64,000 bases of DNA from Octopus vulgaris. Lineage: Eukaryota. This document shows positions 1 to 14,459 of the stretch, piece after piece. The notes under the pieces are model-generated. The model worked only from the letters and a program-made list of their open reading frames with translations. It was not told where the DNA came from and did not search any database. Location of the stretch: NCBI GenBank assembly GCA_951406725.2, contig OX597824.1, positions 96,038,001-96,102,000 on the forward strand, in the 5' to 3' direction. Within the stretch, counting starts at the first letter, position 1, and every line of letters starts with the position of its first letter. Made by a program: the position numbers and the translations under genes.

Positions 1-94
1 ATAAAATTACACTTGTGTGGAACCACAAACACACACACACACATAAAATGTGTATGTGTGTGTATTTGAACATACATGCATATGTGTGTGTGTA

Positions 95-280
95 GATAGA
101 TAGCTAAATGTGTATGTAGATAGATAGATAGATAGATAGATGTGTAACTAGACAGATAAAAAGATAGATAGAGAGATAGATAGGTAGATAGATAGATAGG
201 GATAAATAGATAGATAGATAGATAGTAGATAGAGAGAGAGATAGGTAGATAGATAGATAGGGATAAATAGATAGATAGAT
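95..280. repeat. (GATA)n microsatellite with a higher-order internal duplication
   Basis: Direct inspection. Confidence 0.9.
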
Positions 281-1384
281 TAGCTGTAAAGCTACATAAG
301 GCCCTTAATTAAGCTTCAGAGAAGGCACTTGTCAAACTATATATAAATATGCGTGTTTATGTATGTATGTACAAGTTGTATAATTATATGTATATATTAT
401 TATATTGTGTGCTATAGTAACCTCTGCCCACATGTGGGGGTGTTAAGGGAGAGACCGCATGTGGGAGTGAATGAGACGGTGCATGCGTGACTCAGTAAGT
501 ACACGTGAGCGGACGTGTCAGTGTCAGTGTGTGTGTGTGTGTGTGTGTGCAAGGCAGTGGAGATGTGACTAAGTAATGTCAGCGTGTATGCGTGAGTGGA
601 TGTGAATGAGTGTGCAAGAGGGTGTGAGTGAGTGAGTGTGTGTGTGTGTACATGTGTGAGTGTGCCAGGGAGAGGAAAGAGATTGTGTGTGTGTGTGAGA
701 GAGGGTGCGCGCGACTGCAAGACAGTTGCTGTGTAACTGAGTACGGGGTAGGTGAATGTCTACATGTGAATGGGCGTGTCCACATGGAATGAAAAGCGAG
801 GTAGTTTTGTGTGTGTGTGGTGGTAGGGGGCACATTGATATTATCACACGTAGGTATTAGCATGACTGTAATTAAGACCATAACTTTCCCAGGGTACTTC
901 TCTCTCACACACACGCATGCATGCACACACATGCACAGGTAGCCTTTTACTAAGACACTTGCAGCAGGTGAAATATGACTGGTGGCGCCAGTTGAATCAA
1001 CAAGACATCAACACTCACGATGCAAATTAGCAGCGGTCAGGGAGGGAGAATAAAGGGCACCAACGACCTTTAAACCTGCAGAACATAAATCATAACATCC
1101 ATCAATGTTATTGCTAAATGGGTTTTGGCCTTCTGTCCTGCACTGCTTCCGTTCACACCTCTCTCTTTCATTAGGTGTCACACACACACACACAAAAGCT
1201 GATGGGTTGCCTGTGTCTAGGCTTTTGGATAGTGTATCAGTGAAGGGTATCGAGGGCCAAAAACGCTTTTTGAATATCTGGGAGGGCCTTTCTTCTCTTA
1301 GTAAAAAAGAAAGAAAAGAAAAAGAAAGCCATGCATAGTTGTGTGGTTAAGAAGTTTGATTTGCAACCAGGTGGTTTCAGGTGA

Positions 1385-1718
1385 AGGTGCATGGCTCAGT
1401 GGTTAGAGCGTCGAGCTTACGACCGTGAGGTTGTGAGTTCGAATCCCAAACCGGGCTGCGTGTTGTGTTCTTGAGCAAGACACTTTATTTCACGTTGCTC
1501 CAGTTCACTCAGCTGTAGAAATGAGTTGCAACGTCACTGGTGCCAAGCTGTATCGGCCCCTTTGCTTTTCCCTTGGATAACATCAGTGGCAAGGAGAGGT
1601 GAGGCCGGTATGCATGGGCAACTGCTGGTCTTTCATAAACAACCTTGCCCGAACTTGTGCCTGGGAGGGTAACTTTCTAGGTGCAATCCCATGGTCAGTC
1701 ATGACCGAAGGGGGCCTC
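1385..1718 (+). mobile_element. tRNA-derived SINE, family D, nested in a family A copy (others at 35849-36180+ and 42155-42350-)
   Basis: A box TGGCTCAGTGG, B box GTTCGAATCCC; flanked by the duplicated 9-mer gtttcaggt (1374-1382 and 1723-1731). Confidence 0.8.
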
Positions 1719-2057
1719 AGCAGTTTCAGGTTCAGTCCTACTGCATGGTACCTTGGGCAAATGCCTTTTACTATAGCCAAAGGCCAACCAATCAATGCCT
1801 TATAAGTGAATTTGGTTGACAGCATATCCAGAAAGTTTGCTGCAGGAAAATTTGCATCAGGATTTTTGCCCATAAGAAAATTCACTGCATTGGAAATTTT
1901 GCTGTAAGACAAAAGATGAATCGGTCCCCTTAGTATACAAGTGTTTCAACCAATGAGGAGTAAAACAATTACTTAACTCATTTCAAATTTATTCATTTGA
2001 CAATATACTTTTTTTGTGTAGCAAAAATATTTTCAGAAATTTTAAATGAGTTAGGAA

Positions 2058-2472
2058 GGCAGCAATCTGGCAGACACGTTAGCACGCCAGGTGAAATGCG
2101 TAGCCGTATTTCGTCTGCCGTTATGTTCTGAGCTCAAATTCCACCGAGGTCGACTTTGCCTTTTATCCTTTCGGGGTGGATTAAATAAGTACCAGTTATG
2201 CACTGGGGTCGATGTAATCGACTTAATCCATTTGTCTGTCATTGTTTGTCCGTTCTGTGTTTAGCCCCTTGTGGGCAGTAAAGAAATAGGTATTTTGTCT
2301 GCCATTACGTTCTGAGCTCAAATTTGGCTGAGGTCGACTTTGCCCTTCATCCTTCCGGGATCGATAAATCAAGTACCAGTTATTCACTGGGGTCGATGTA
2401 ATTGACTTAATCCCTTTGTCTGTCCTATTTTGTCTCCTCTATGTTTAGCCCCTTGTGGGCAATAAAGAAATA
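2058..2472 (+). mobile_element. SINE family C, tandem pair (other copies at about 37773-38005, 39187-39400, 39749-39980, 35165-35393-, 28710-28925-, 17285-17500-, 49915-50115-, 6245-6600-)
   Basis: Shared body gagctggcagaatcgttagc...gagttcaaattccgccgaggtcgactttgcctttcatcctttcggggtcg... Confidence 0.8.
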
Positions 2473-4188
2473 AGAAATTTTAAATGAGTTAAGAAATTGC
2501 TTTACCCCTTTCAATGGTTGAAACAATTATATACCAAGGGAGGCAGTTCATTTTTGTTTTGCGGCAAAATTTCCTAAAACCAGTTGACAGAAGCTGTGTG
2601 GAAGCATGTTGCATAGACATACAGATGCATGGGTGGATGTTTGTGTGTGTTTGCATCTCCTGGTCTTAACATCGTAAATGAGTTTCCCCGTCATACAAGC
2701 AGTGTACTTTGTTTCCAATCTTCTGTGAAAACATTACTTTGCTTGGAAAGAAGGTAAAGATTGGCAACAGGAAGGGAATCCAGCCATAGAAAAATCTACC
2801 CCCAACAAATTTCATCTGACCCTTACAAACATGGAAAAGTGGATGTTAAATGATGACGATGATGATGAATGTGGTGGAGGTGATATGAATTTTACTTGAT
2901 GCTGGAGTCTAAAATATATTCTAATATCTAAATTAGGATAATTTGCTTAAATTGGTGGCTCCTTATTTATGAAATTAACTCTTTAGCATTCAGATTATTC
3001 TTTAGTCAAATGTAATAACTTATTTATTCAGATGATTTTCAATTAATCATGGATTACCTCATGGCTTTGAGATTTCAATGAAGTGATTGTCTATTTTTAG
3101 AATGACATTGTAGGGTAGGTGTGAGGAGCTTTTACATGCCACCAGCATTGTAGGGTAGGGTAATGGGTGCTTTTACATGCCTCCTGCAGGGGTGCCAATT
3201 TGCGTGACACTGGTATCTGCCACAACTGCGATTTTGCTCAGCTTGATGGGTCTTCTTCTCAAAAGCAACATAATGCAAAAGGTCTTGGTCATTGCCTTTG
3301 TGAGGCCCAACACTTGAAAGGAACTCAGTCACTTTACCTCCAAGAGGCCCAACATTCAAAAGATGAATGTTGGGCCTCACAGAGGCAAAGTGGCTGAGTT
3401 CCTCTCGAGCGTAGGGCTTCTTTCAGTTTTCGTCTACCAAATCCACTAACAAGGCTTTGGTCTGCCCAAGGCTAGAGTAGAAGGCATTTGCCTGAGGTGC
3501 CAAGCTATGGGACTGAACCTAGAACCATGTTGTTGGGAAGCAAGCATCTTACCACAAAGCGATGCCTGCACCCATAAAAATATAATAGGATTTATTAAAC
3601 CTGAAAAGGCTATGAGGGTCCACCCAAGGGAGATAAGAATCAAAAGGGTCCATAGGTGAAAAGTATTTAAGAAACACTGACCAAAACAATTAAAAGGGAC
3701 TGAGGCATACTATTCAGCGAGATACCTGGAATATTTCTAAAAAAAAAAGGCATTATGACATAAATGAGAAATGTTCATAATTAATTCAATTTTCAAACAC
3801 TACAAGAATATTGTCATAACCTTATAAACAAGATTTCAGAATACAATCCAGGCTAATTTAGACAGTTTTTTTTATAAATGTCAAGCAACGTCACTTAAAA
3901 CCACAACCAACCAACTTGACTTAATTATATTACAATTGAAATGGCAACCATTAAATGGTTCAGATAGTAGCATTTCCTATGTGAAGGTGACAGCTTGCTT
4001 TCCTTATTGGTGTCTGCATTTAAGTGTGTAGATGACAACGATGACCAACCACGTTCACCAAGAGAGACAGAAAAAAAATTTTTTTTACCACACCCAATAC
4101 TTCTGTTCAACATCAGCCGTCATGGAATATGTCAAAGTGGCAAAACTACATAAATCCAGTCAACAGTATCTCTCATTCTCCCCATCTC

Positions 4189-4243
<55 letters not shown>

Positions 4244-4365
4244 GGGGGGGGGTCAGAGAAAATTTGATGCTTTCTCATACACAAAACTTTCAAATTCAAC
4301 AGCTGATATACATATATACATACATATATCTGTAATATAATATGTAACAATTATTCGGTTGCTAT

Positions 4366-4426
4366 AATAAGACTCTGAGTTTCGGATGTCGGGGAGGAAA
4401 CCTGCTCCAGCATCTCTTCAGTTATT
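4366..4426 (-). ncRNA. Type I hammerhead ribozyme motif
   Basis: Minus strand reads AATAA-CTGAAGA-GATG...CATCC-GAAACTCAGAGTC^TTATT: stem I AAUAA/UUAUU, complete CUGAAGA/GAAA core, stem III ACU(CAG)AGU, GUC cleavage triplet. Confidence 0.75.
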
Positions 4427-6607
4427 GAGGCAATCAAATTATATATATATATAAATGTATGTATGTATTTATGTATATATATATATATTTATGTATGCAT
4501 GCATTTATGTATATCATCATCATCGTTTAACGTCCGCTTTCCATGCTAGCATGGATGATTTGATTGAGGACTGCCAAACCAGATGGCTGCACCAGGCTTC
4601 AGTCTTGATCTGACAAGGTTTCTACAGCTGGATGCCCTTCCTAATGCCAACCACTCTGAGAGTGTAGTGGGTGCTTTTTACATGCCACTGGCACGAGAGC
4701 TAGTCAGGTGGTACTGGCAACAGCCACACTCAAATGGTGTTTTTTACGTGCCACCTGCACAGGAGCCAGTCCAGCGGCACTGGCAACAACCTCACTCGAA
4801 TGTCTTTTTAACGTGCCACCGGCACAAGTGCCAGTAAGGTGACGCTGGTAACGATCACGTTCAAATGGTGCTTTTTACGTGCCACCGGCATGGAAGCCTC
4901 TCAGCTGCTCTGGCAACGATCACGCTCAGATGGTGCTCTTAGTGCTCCACTAGCAAGGATGCCAGTCTGTATATATATATATATATACAGACTGGCACCA
5001 TGTAAAAAAAACTCCCGTACTGGTGCCACATAAAAAGCACCCAGGACCCTTGGTAAAGTGGTTGGCTGGCATTAGGAAGCCAAAACAGAAAATTGGAGCT
5101 AAAGCAGCTCTCCAGCTGGCCAGTTCCGGTCAAACCATCCAACCCATGAAAAGGTGAACATTAAGATGATGATGATGATGATGAAACTGATATTACACAG
5201 AAAAGGTCTGTAAAATGTTGAAAGGCCATGTTTTTTTTATGCTGCTTTTATACTTTTGTTTCGTTTTTTTGTCTCCTTCCCAAAATATACTCATTTCAAT
5301 GCGATACATCTTCTTACAGAAAATATATTGAGAGTGGATTAAAAACTCCCAGGATTCCATTGATAAATCCCACAGCTTCTCTCCTGACAAATAGCAGTTA
5401 CATACATACATACACACACACACACACATACATACATACATAGACATACATACACACATGTATGTATATATATATATATATATATTCTCTCTTTCTCTCT
5501 CTCATTCACCTGTGAATCAATCAAAAGGTACATGTTAATAAATGTCCACAGAACCTTTCCAGCCACCTAATTAATTACACGGAGAGCAAAAGCTAGTTAT
5601 TCAGACGAATAAAGAAAACCTGCAGGCATTGACCAGAAACCATGGCAGCAGCAGAAAATGAAATATTCCAGTCAGAAGCAGATGAGTCAACCAAGTACGT
5701 TTCAAAAGAGAAAAGAAAAAAAAGCCACAACAAATAGAATTTATCTGTTTTGAGTTATGTATTCTTTATCAATGCTTTTAGAATCATGTAAGGAACACAA
5801 GAATATTATTCATTATAAAACCATTATTATTATTATTTGCAGTCAGTCACTGCAACCATGACCATTCTTCGTGGATTTGGCATGACTCGGTGATCTCTCT
5901 CCATACTGGTCATAAAAAAGAAGCATCCTGTCCACACTGTAAAGTGGTTGGCATTTGGAAGGGCATCCAGCTGTAAAAATCATGCCAAGACTAACTTCAC
6001 CTCTGCTAGTGCCATGTAAAAAGCACTGAATCCACTCTGCAGAGTGGTTGGGGCTAGGAAGGGCATCCAGCTGTAAAAACCCTGCCAAAACACACCCAGT
6101 AGCCTGGGGGTAGTCTTTTACCTGACCGTCCCCTGTTAACCATCCTACACATGCATGCACGGAAGATGGACGTTAAACGATGATGATGAGGAATTCCTTA
6201 CCACTTCATATTATGAAACTAAAGAAACCTTCAATAATTCTTTCCAAATTTGGCACAAGGCCAGCAATTCTAAGGGCAGGGTGTTAGCCAATTACATCAA
6301 CCCACACCAGTGCTAAACTTGAAAAACTGAGAGTCAAAGTCAGCCTCAGTGACATTTGAACTCAAAACCTAAAGAGCTAGAAGGAAAAATGTCACTGTGT
6401 ACTTTGTCTAGTGCGGTAACAATTCTGCCAGCACACTGACTATAGAATCCTTCATAATGGTTTCAAATTCTAGCACAAGGCCAGCAATTTCAGGGAAGCA
6501 GGTAAGTCAATTACAACGACCTCAAGACTCAGCTGGTGCTTATTTTACCAACTCTGAGAGGATGAAAGGTAAATTCAGCCCTGGTCATTTGAACTGAGAA
6601 TACACAG

Positions 6608-6678
<71 letters not shown>

Positions 6679-7717
6679 TGTGTCTGTGTTTGTCGCCCCA
6701 ACATCACTTGACAACCGATGCTGGTGTGTTTACGTCCCTGTAACTTAGCAGTTTGGCGCAAAAGAGACCGATAGAATAAGTACTGGGCTTATAAAGAATA
6801 AGTCCTGGGGTCGATTTGCTTGATTAATGGCGGTGCTCCAGCATGGCCGCAGTCAAATGACTGAAGCAAGTAAAAGAGTATAGAAAGTCGAAGTCTGCCT
6901 CTTTTGTAAACATGACAGATGTTCTACCATTATACCAAAACAATCCTTCAAAATTCTTCATCTTTAGAAGGTTTGTTCTTACCAGCAAGAATTGTCTGTT
7001 GTTTATGTTGTAGGAATTTTTGAAACCGTGAGGGCCATGATATCATTGTTTTTTAACCATAGGACTGGGAGTAGATAAAACTATAAATAATAGTAGGCAC
7101 CGGTGTGGCTATATGGTTAGAAGCTTGATTCCCAACCGTATGGGTTTGGGTTCAGTCCCATAGCATGGCACCTTGGACAAGTGTTTTCTACTATAGCTCT
7201 GGGCTGACCAAAAGCCTTGTAAGTGGATTTGGTAGAAGGAAACTGAAAAAAGCTCAGTGTGTGTGTGTGCTTGTGTTCTTCTCAACCCATGCCCCTGCCT
7301 GATAAAAGAGATCAATGGAATAAGTACCAGATTTTAAAAATAGATAAGTACCAGGGGTCGTCAATTTGTTTGATTAAACCCTTTAAGGCAGTGCACTAGT
7401 ATGGCCACAGTCGAACGACAGAGACAAACTAAGGACAAAAGAGTTTAAAAACAAAAAAAAAGAAGAAAAGAGAGATTCAGAGATGTCTTTGAGACCGAAT
7501 CATTCAGTGAATTCATTAAGAACCAGACTAAAAGTTTGTGAGCAGAAATATTTATGAAAAACGAGAGGAACATTTGATAGTTTTATAATCTGTGAAATGT
7601 CTACGTTGACATTATTTAGGATAGAGTATCAAGCGGCAGAGTGTTCTCAATAAAGAAAATATTAAAATGAAAATTGAATATACCCAACAATCTATTGCTC
7701 TGCCACTGTCTGTCCAC

Positions 7718-7758
<41 letters not shown>

Positions 7759-7918
7759 CTACTGCTCTAAATATTGTGTCTGGTGAAAATTACAGCACAG
7801 TAAGCTAAAACTGAATGAGAATGAGTCATTCAATGACTCAACAACGAGAGAAAAGAATTGAAGCTCTTCGCCATTGGAGGTAGCTTTAGCTCACCACAGA
7901 CAGGGATTTTTAATTTTT

Positions 7919-7960
<42 letters not shown>

Positions 7961-9028
7961 CATTCATTCAGACACACAAACACACACACACAAACTGAAT
8001 TTGTAAAATGTCTTTCATGAAAAAGATTGCTTCAAGCTTTCACACATAAATTACTGAAAACAAATATATGCGTTGCTATGGATACACATATAAATACAAA
8101 AATACAAACATTAGCAAAAGAAAGGTGCAGCAGAATATATGTAGATGACAGAGGCATTGGCTGTGTGGTTAAGAACACTTGCTTCGTAACCATGTGGTCT
8201 TGGGTTCAATCCCACTGCATGGCATCTTTGGCAGGTGTCTTCTACTACAGGCCTGAGTAACCAAAGCCTTTTTAGTGGATTTGGGAGGCAGAAACTGAAA
8301 GAAGCCTGTTGTGTGTGCGTGTTTGTGTGTGCACACGTGTTTGGGTGTATCCTTGTCTTGACATCACACAATGGTTGTAAACAAGCATCACCCTCATGCA
8401 AGTGGTGTCTTTCATTTCCAATCTTCCCTAAAAACATGTCTGGCCACAGAGAAATATTAACTTAGTTGTAAACAGGTGAGGGTTGGTGACAGGAAGAGCA
8501 TCCAGTCACAGAAAATCTGCCTCGACAAATACCGTCTGACCCATGCAAGCATGGAAAAGTAGATATTAAAGGATGATGATACATATGGTCAATATAACCA
8601 TACAGATGCAGAAATGGAAGATAAAGAACTCAATACATGATGTAGAGTCTATTTATTCATCCAAAGATGATAACTTCATTGCTGCTCCTAGTTTCTTGTG
8701 TTAATGAATTTATGCACAAAAATGAGCAATGGCCCAAATAGTCTACATGTTTTATATTCCAACTGGCCATATCTGGCCTCTCACACCTAACCTACATTGA
8801 CATTCTAAAAATACACAATCACATCATTGAAACCTCAAAGCTATAAGATAATGCATGAGTAATTCAAAACAATTTGAGTGAAAAAGGATTACATTTAACT
8901 GAGTAATCTGAGCCCTAAAGGGTTAAACAGATACCCTTTTACTCTTTTACTTCTTTCAATCATTGGACTGTGGCCAAGCTAGGGTACCACCTTGCAGGGT
9001 ACAGTTGAACAAATTAACCCCAGTACTA

Positions 9029-9083
<55 letters not shown>

Positions 9084-11109
9084 CCTTTGGTGGGGGTAGG
9101 GGTTTGATCAGGGGACTGCTTTGGTCTTAACAACAACAATATCTACAAAGGGGCTCTCCATGTGGTTTCTTGGCCTGCAAGAAAGAACAGCCAAATCTCC
9201 CTCAAATCACACAAGCTACCATCTTCAAAGAAAAACAAATGAGGAAGTACGCATCGGACAATGCAGATATGCCAAACGATAAAATTGAAATGGATGGAAT
9301 AATTCTAGTCAAAGATAATAAACTGATGAGATTCTGAGCTTTGCCGGGATGGGGGAGGGGGAAGAGTTTCTATATAACCGACAACAACAATTGTTAATTG
9401 CTCCACCACCACAACCGATACTGACAGTGCCTCCACTCCAAAAGCAGCAGCAAAGTTCCCACCTTCTCACCCAGCCTCCTTATCATCATCTGACTCAGGC
9501 AGATTCTCAAAGTGCTTTTTCCCAGAGACCGTGTAATGGATTAAACAGTTGTGTGGTTTCTAAGATATTTCAAGTCTATCTCATGCAACACGCCTGAATA
9601 ACGATATGGCTGTGGCTGTTGTACAAGGTACAAAACTTACACGTTATAAAACCCAGAAACAAACACACTCACACACACACACGTATGTGAGTGTGTGTGT
9701 GTGTGCATGTGTGTATACACACATACATAAGTAGTATATATATATATAACTAGATAGATATATAGATTGATAGATAGAAAGATAGATAGATAGATAGGTA
9801 GGTAGGTAGATAGATAGATGAATGGATGGATGGATGGATAGATAGGTGTGTGTGTGTTAGTAGACCTTCCCCCATTTGACAACTAGTGCTGGCTTGTTTA
9901 CCTCTAATAACTTAACAGTTCAGAAAAAGAGATTGATAGAATAAGCACCAGATTTCAAAACAAAAAAAAAAAGTACAGGAGCCAATTTGGCTGACAAACC
10001 CCTTCAAGATGGTATCCTAGCATTGCCATAGTGGTTTTGTCCCCACTCAACTGCTTGACAGTAAACAATAAAAGACAGAATAGACGTTCACACACACACC
10101 TAGACTACACACCAATCTTTTACAAACTTATTGTATGATATACACCAGGGGTACTCAGCCAGAGTCCATGTGATCCTTGTGGGTCCATATAAGATTCTGT
10201 TGTTAAAATTTATTTGCAATAAATCTGAAATGTGTTTCCTGAGAGTTGGAAAGCATTTGTTTTTAGAACTACAGGATTTCTTATCTTTAGGCGAATGCAT
10301 GATGTCTATGATCTTCAACATTTTGTGGAATTGGTATATCAGTGAAGAGAGAGCCTGCTAGGCCTGAAATTCTCCTCATGTGTAGGAATCTTGAAATATA
10401 AAAAAACTGATAAGATATTCCACTTAAACATCTAAATCTATTTGGCTTCTCTTCATGGCACCGGCTTTTATCTTGAAATTAGTAGCAATGCTGTGTGTTC
10501 TCCAGGGTTTTTTCTTCTTACCATTTTGATATCAATCTGCCTGAGACCGCACCCAGCTTCTATGATACAAAATTCCTGTTTGAAAGTGATCTAAATTTAA
10601 ACCTTCTATCAAAATTCCGTATTAATTTAGCTTGGAAGATATTAATTGATAATTATAGGGAAACCATCTATTAATCTCTTCAGTGAGACACTTGTTCTTG
10701 TCCCTCTACCATTCTTTCATATCCCTCAGTACTACATCCCACTCTGTTGAGGGGTTTTGTCCTATGGGTAACTCGGTGACCTCACCAGTGCTGGTGCCAC
10801 ATAAAACAAGCACCTGGTACACTTTGTAATGTGGTTAGTTTTAGGAAGGGCATTTGGCCCTAGAAAGCATGCCAAATGCAGCCGTTTGGCTCATCAGTTC
10901 CTCTTGAACTCGCCACTCCATGCTGCTGCCACCTTCACCACCACCACTATTAAGAGCAGCAGCAGCAGCCATTCAAGAATTTGGACCTGGAGATCTCCAT
11001 TTCCAGCGAGTTTGAGGGCCACTTCCCAGTGGTGTCGGGCGTCAACTACGACCAAAGTTTTTTCTTTTTTTTTCCAAGGTCAGGGGTCTCCTGCCCCTAA
11101 GCCCTAGAC

Positions 11110-11310
11110 CAGTGCTTTTCAAACTTTTTGCTGAAGCAGAACCCCAAGGAAACATTCCACTGGCTCGAGGAACCCCTGTACAATAATTTAATAGTCTTAT
11201 GCACACATACCTGCACAGGAGAATTAAAAATTACTGCCGATTTTAGCAGTTTTGTAACTTCTTGCGGAACCCCTGGACTGTGCTGGCGGAACCCTGGTTG
11301 AAAACCACTG
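11110..11310. mobile_element. hAT (Charlie-like) MITE
   Basis: TIRs cagtgcttttcaa / ttgaaaaccactg; 8-bp TSD ccctagac/gcctagac. Confidence 0.8.
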
Positions 11311-12440
11311 GCCTAGACCATCACCTAATCACCCTTACTCGTCTTGTTGCTTAACAACAACAACAACAGCAGCAGTAGTAGTAGTAAATTGTGATGGTGG
11401 TAAAAGAAGAAACAGTGAAGACCAACCTGTACTAAACAGCTAAAAGTAAAAGCAGATATCATTCCAGGCCATTGTGAATTACGATTCTTCCCATTAATGC
11501 GTTGATTGATTCAAACGAGAATAAATGTTAATGAATTACAGTAAATTGGGTTTTACTGCATGAGAATATCCACTTCAATTGACGTTTGATATCTAATTAA
11601 ACTAATACACACTATGCTATTAATTTGCTTCATATTCTCAACAAGTAATATTTCCAGCATTCATTAAGCTATTTTCATATAACGAGATAAATTAGAATCA
11701 GACCTCCATATATTTATTGTTAATAGAAAGCAATATGTGAGGCAACAAAAATTGCTTAGTGCCAGAGAAATTGCTTGGTGGTTGGTGTTTCTTCTGACCT
11801 TACGTTCTGCATTCAAATACCGCCAGGGCTGACTTTGCCTTTCGTCCTTTTCGGGGTCAATAAAATAAGTACTAGGTGAACAATGGGGGGGTTAATGTAA
11901 TTGACTTGTCCCTTCTCCCAAAATTTCTGGCCTCATGTCCAAAGTTTGGAATCAATATAAGGCAATATGTCTTCGAAATATTAAGCAATACCATCTTAGT
12001 TACCATTTCTCTTCCTGGTTTCATCATCAATGATGTCACCTGATCCTATTCTACATACTGAATGCATGTACAGTAATGGAGGAGGAGGAGGAGGAGAACA
12101 TGCTGCCAATGCCATCATCATCATAAGCATCAACATCATCATTATCATCCACGCCACCACTGCCACCACCATCATCATCATCAAATATCCACTTTCCTGT
12201 TCAAGCATGGGTTTGATAGAATCTGTTGGGGCAGACTTGTCTACGGCTGGATGCCTTTCCTGACACCAACCCTCACCTGTTTCCAAGCAACGTAATATTT
12301 TCTTGAGGCTAGACGTATTTTTCACATTAGATTGTAAATGAACAACCCTGCATGTATGACAATGATGCTCATTTACAACCATGATGTAATGCCTAAACAA
12401 GGGTACACACAATGAAACACACACACATACACACAACCAA

Positions 12441-12480
<40 letters not shown>

Positions 12481-13413
12481 TTATATATATATATATATAA
12501 AATGGGCTTCTTTCAGTTTCTATCCACCAAATCCACTCCCAAGGTTTTGGCCTACTTGGTGCTATAGTAGAAGACACTTGCCTAAGGTGCCATGCAGTGG
12601 GACTGAACCCAAGACCATATAACTGGGAAGCTAGCTTCTCAACCACACAAGCACACTTGCACTTTTCTGTTCACATACGTGTAGAAACCAGTGTTCCCTA
12701 CGTTTTCAGTTCCTCCCTATCTCTTGATGTGGCACTTCAACACACATCACCACTGAACACTTGAAGGGGGTGCCCCAGTATGGCCAGGAAGCAATGGCAG
12801 ACACCAATTAAACAAATTCTCCACACCACAACCTGCACCGCATCCTGCAATTATTCCACCGAAACGCATTCGCCATGCAGTCTCAGCAGGTAATTATATT
12901 CTTGCTCCAGTTCCTCTTGGAATAATCATCCGTCTGAAGAACGGTAACAGAATACGGTGAGTGTCAAAACACATCTCATTACACAACAGAACAATGGCCA
13001 ACAATGGAGTCTCCTATCTGTTATACTACTTACAGGTTAATTCTATCTGAAATGAATAAGGTTTGCATAAGTTTGCTTCCCAGCAACATGGTTTCAGGTT
13101 CAATCCCACTGCATAGCACCTTGGGCAAGTTTTTTTTTTATTACAGCCATGGGCCCAGGAACAGGAGGTGCAGGGGGTATGGCTTGCACCTCCTAAAATT
13201 TTATGGAATGCAAAAATCAAAATTTGTACTACAACATACTTTTTTCAGGTTTAGAAAACAGTGAGTTAAAAGTGGTCTGTAAAAAGTACATTATTTCCAT
13301 TCTTTTTATTTTAATTTTTTTATTTTCTAGTTTCAGCTCAGAGCTGCGGCCATGCTGATGCACCGCCGTTTATTTACAATTGACAGGTATTTGTCCTCAT
13401 CTTGTTTGTTGTT

Positions 13414-13459
13414 AACACAACATTTCGGCTGATATACCCTCCAGCCTTCATCAAGTGTC
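13414..13459 (-). ncRNA. Degenerate copy of the 57887 hammerhead motif
   Basis: Minus strand reads GACAC-TTGATGA-A-GGCTGG(AGGGTATA)TCAGCC-GAAAT-GTT-GTGTT. C3>U without a G8 change, and a stem III C>U. Confidence 0.55.
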
Positions 13460-14324
13460 TTGGGGAAATTTTGAACCTGGGTTCTCGTTCCTAAGGTATT
13501 TTGTTGTTGTTGTTGTTGTTGTTGCTGTTTTCTTTAACCTCACCATCAGAACATCACCCTTCTGCTAAAATTATATTTTTAACTCTCCTCCTTTATATCA
13601 TCACTACCCTCAACTAATTCTTTTAACCACATAATAATAAATATTATCATGAATGCTTCCCTCTCCATCTTTTTCTTTCTCCCTCTTTCTGCCTCACTCT
13701 TCGCCTTATCTTCATTTTCTCTCTCCTTTTTCTTTCTCCTCTCTTTCCCTTCAGCTAATCACTTGAAAGCACTACAATTACATTCCCTCTACCTCATCTC
13801 ATGGACACTTCTCTCTCCCTCTTTTTCTCTCTCTCTCTCTTTTCCTTCTCCTTCTTTTCCTCTAATCACATGAAAGTGTTACTGACAGGTTAAGTAACGG
13901 ATTGGCAAGCAGGATTATTAATAAGATCTGATACAAATAAATGTCTTAGGACTGCTATGAGCCCACAGATTCATCAGGCCAGGTTTTATCCTAATTTCCA
14001 TGGTGTGTAAGAGACCAAGAGTCCAATATTCCCCCACCACACACACACACATGCACAGAATGGGACAACAAACAGTCATAGGATTAACACCTCCAGATAT
14101 TACTGGTACTCATTTTCAGCTGAATGGATTGGAGCATTATGAAACGAAGTGTTTTACCCAAAAGTGCAATGCTGGAAATTGAAACCATGGCCTTATGGTT
14201 GTGAGTCCTGTCACTTTACCACAAGGCCATACACCTTTACTAGAAACAAATGCAGATTACAAAGAAACACAGTTTTATTTGAAAAAGATATTTCCACCTC
14301 TGAGAAGAATAAACAGACACTTAC

Positions 14325-14459
14325 CATGACATTTTCTGCGGAAAGGACATTACGTAGAACCATGTGGTTGCGTCTGAGAGCTGCTTTCATCTCTATCAGG
14401 TTTTCCAAATAGTTCAGAATATCTTTTATCTTGGTTGTTGGAGGCAACAATTCTAGGGC
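14325..14459 (-). CDS. VPS39: VPS39 exon: ALELLPPTTKIKDILNYLENLIEMKAALRRNHMVLRNVLSAENVM (Vps39_2 region; last exon found)
   Basis: Resembles vertebrate ALNLLPANTQINDIRIFLEKVLEE...VLKNLLHAEFLR. Sites ctggcag|GCC and ATG|gtaagt; 135 nt. Confidence 0.93.

Noticed and set aside
1386-1460. tRNA-like sequence with A and B boxes (also 43160-43232 and 58161-58241)
   Set aside because: No complete cloverleaf or acceptor stem and continuous with SINE bodies, so these are SINE heads rather than tRNA genes.
10100-10370. Unique-looking segment with weak resemblance to integrase (RVHVILVGP) or RT fragments
   Set aside because: Motifs too short and interrupted to assign; does not fit VPS39.
11996-12646. 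216-aa ORF
   Set aside because: SINE plus microsatellite read-through with no domain signature.
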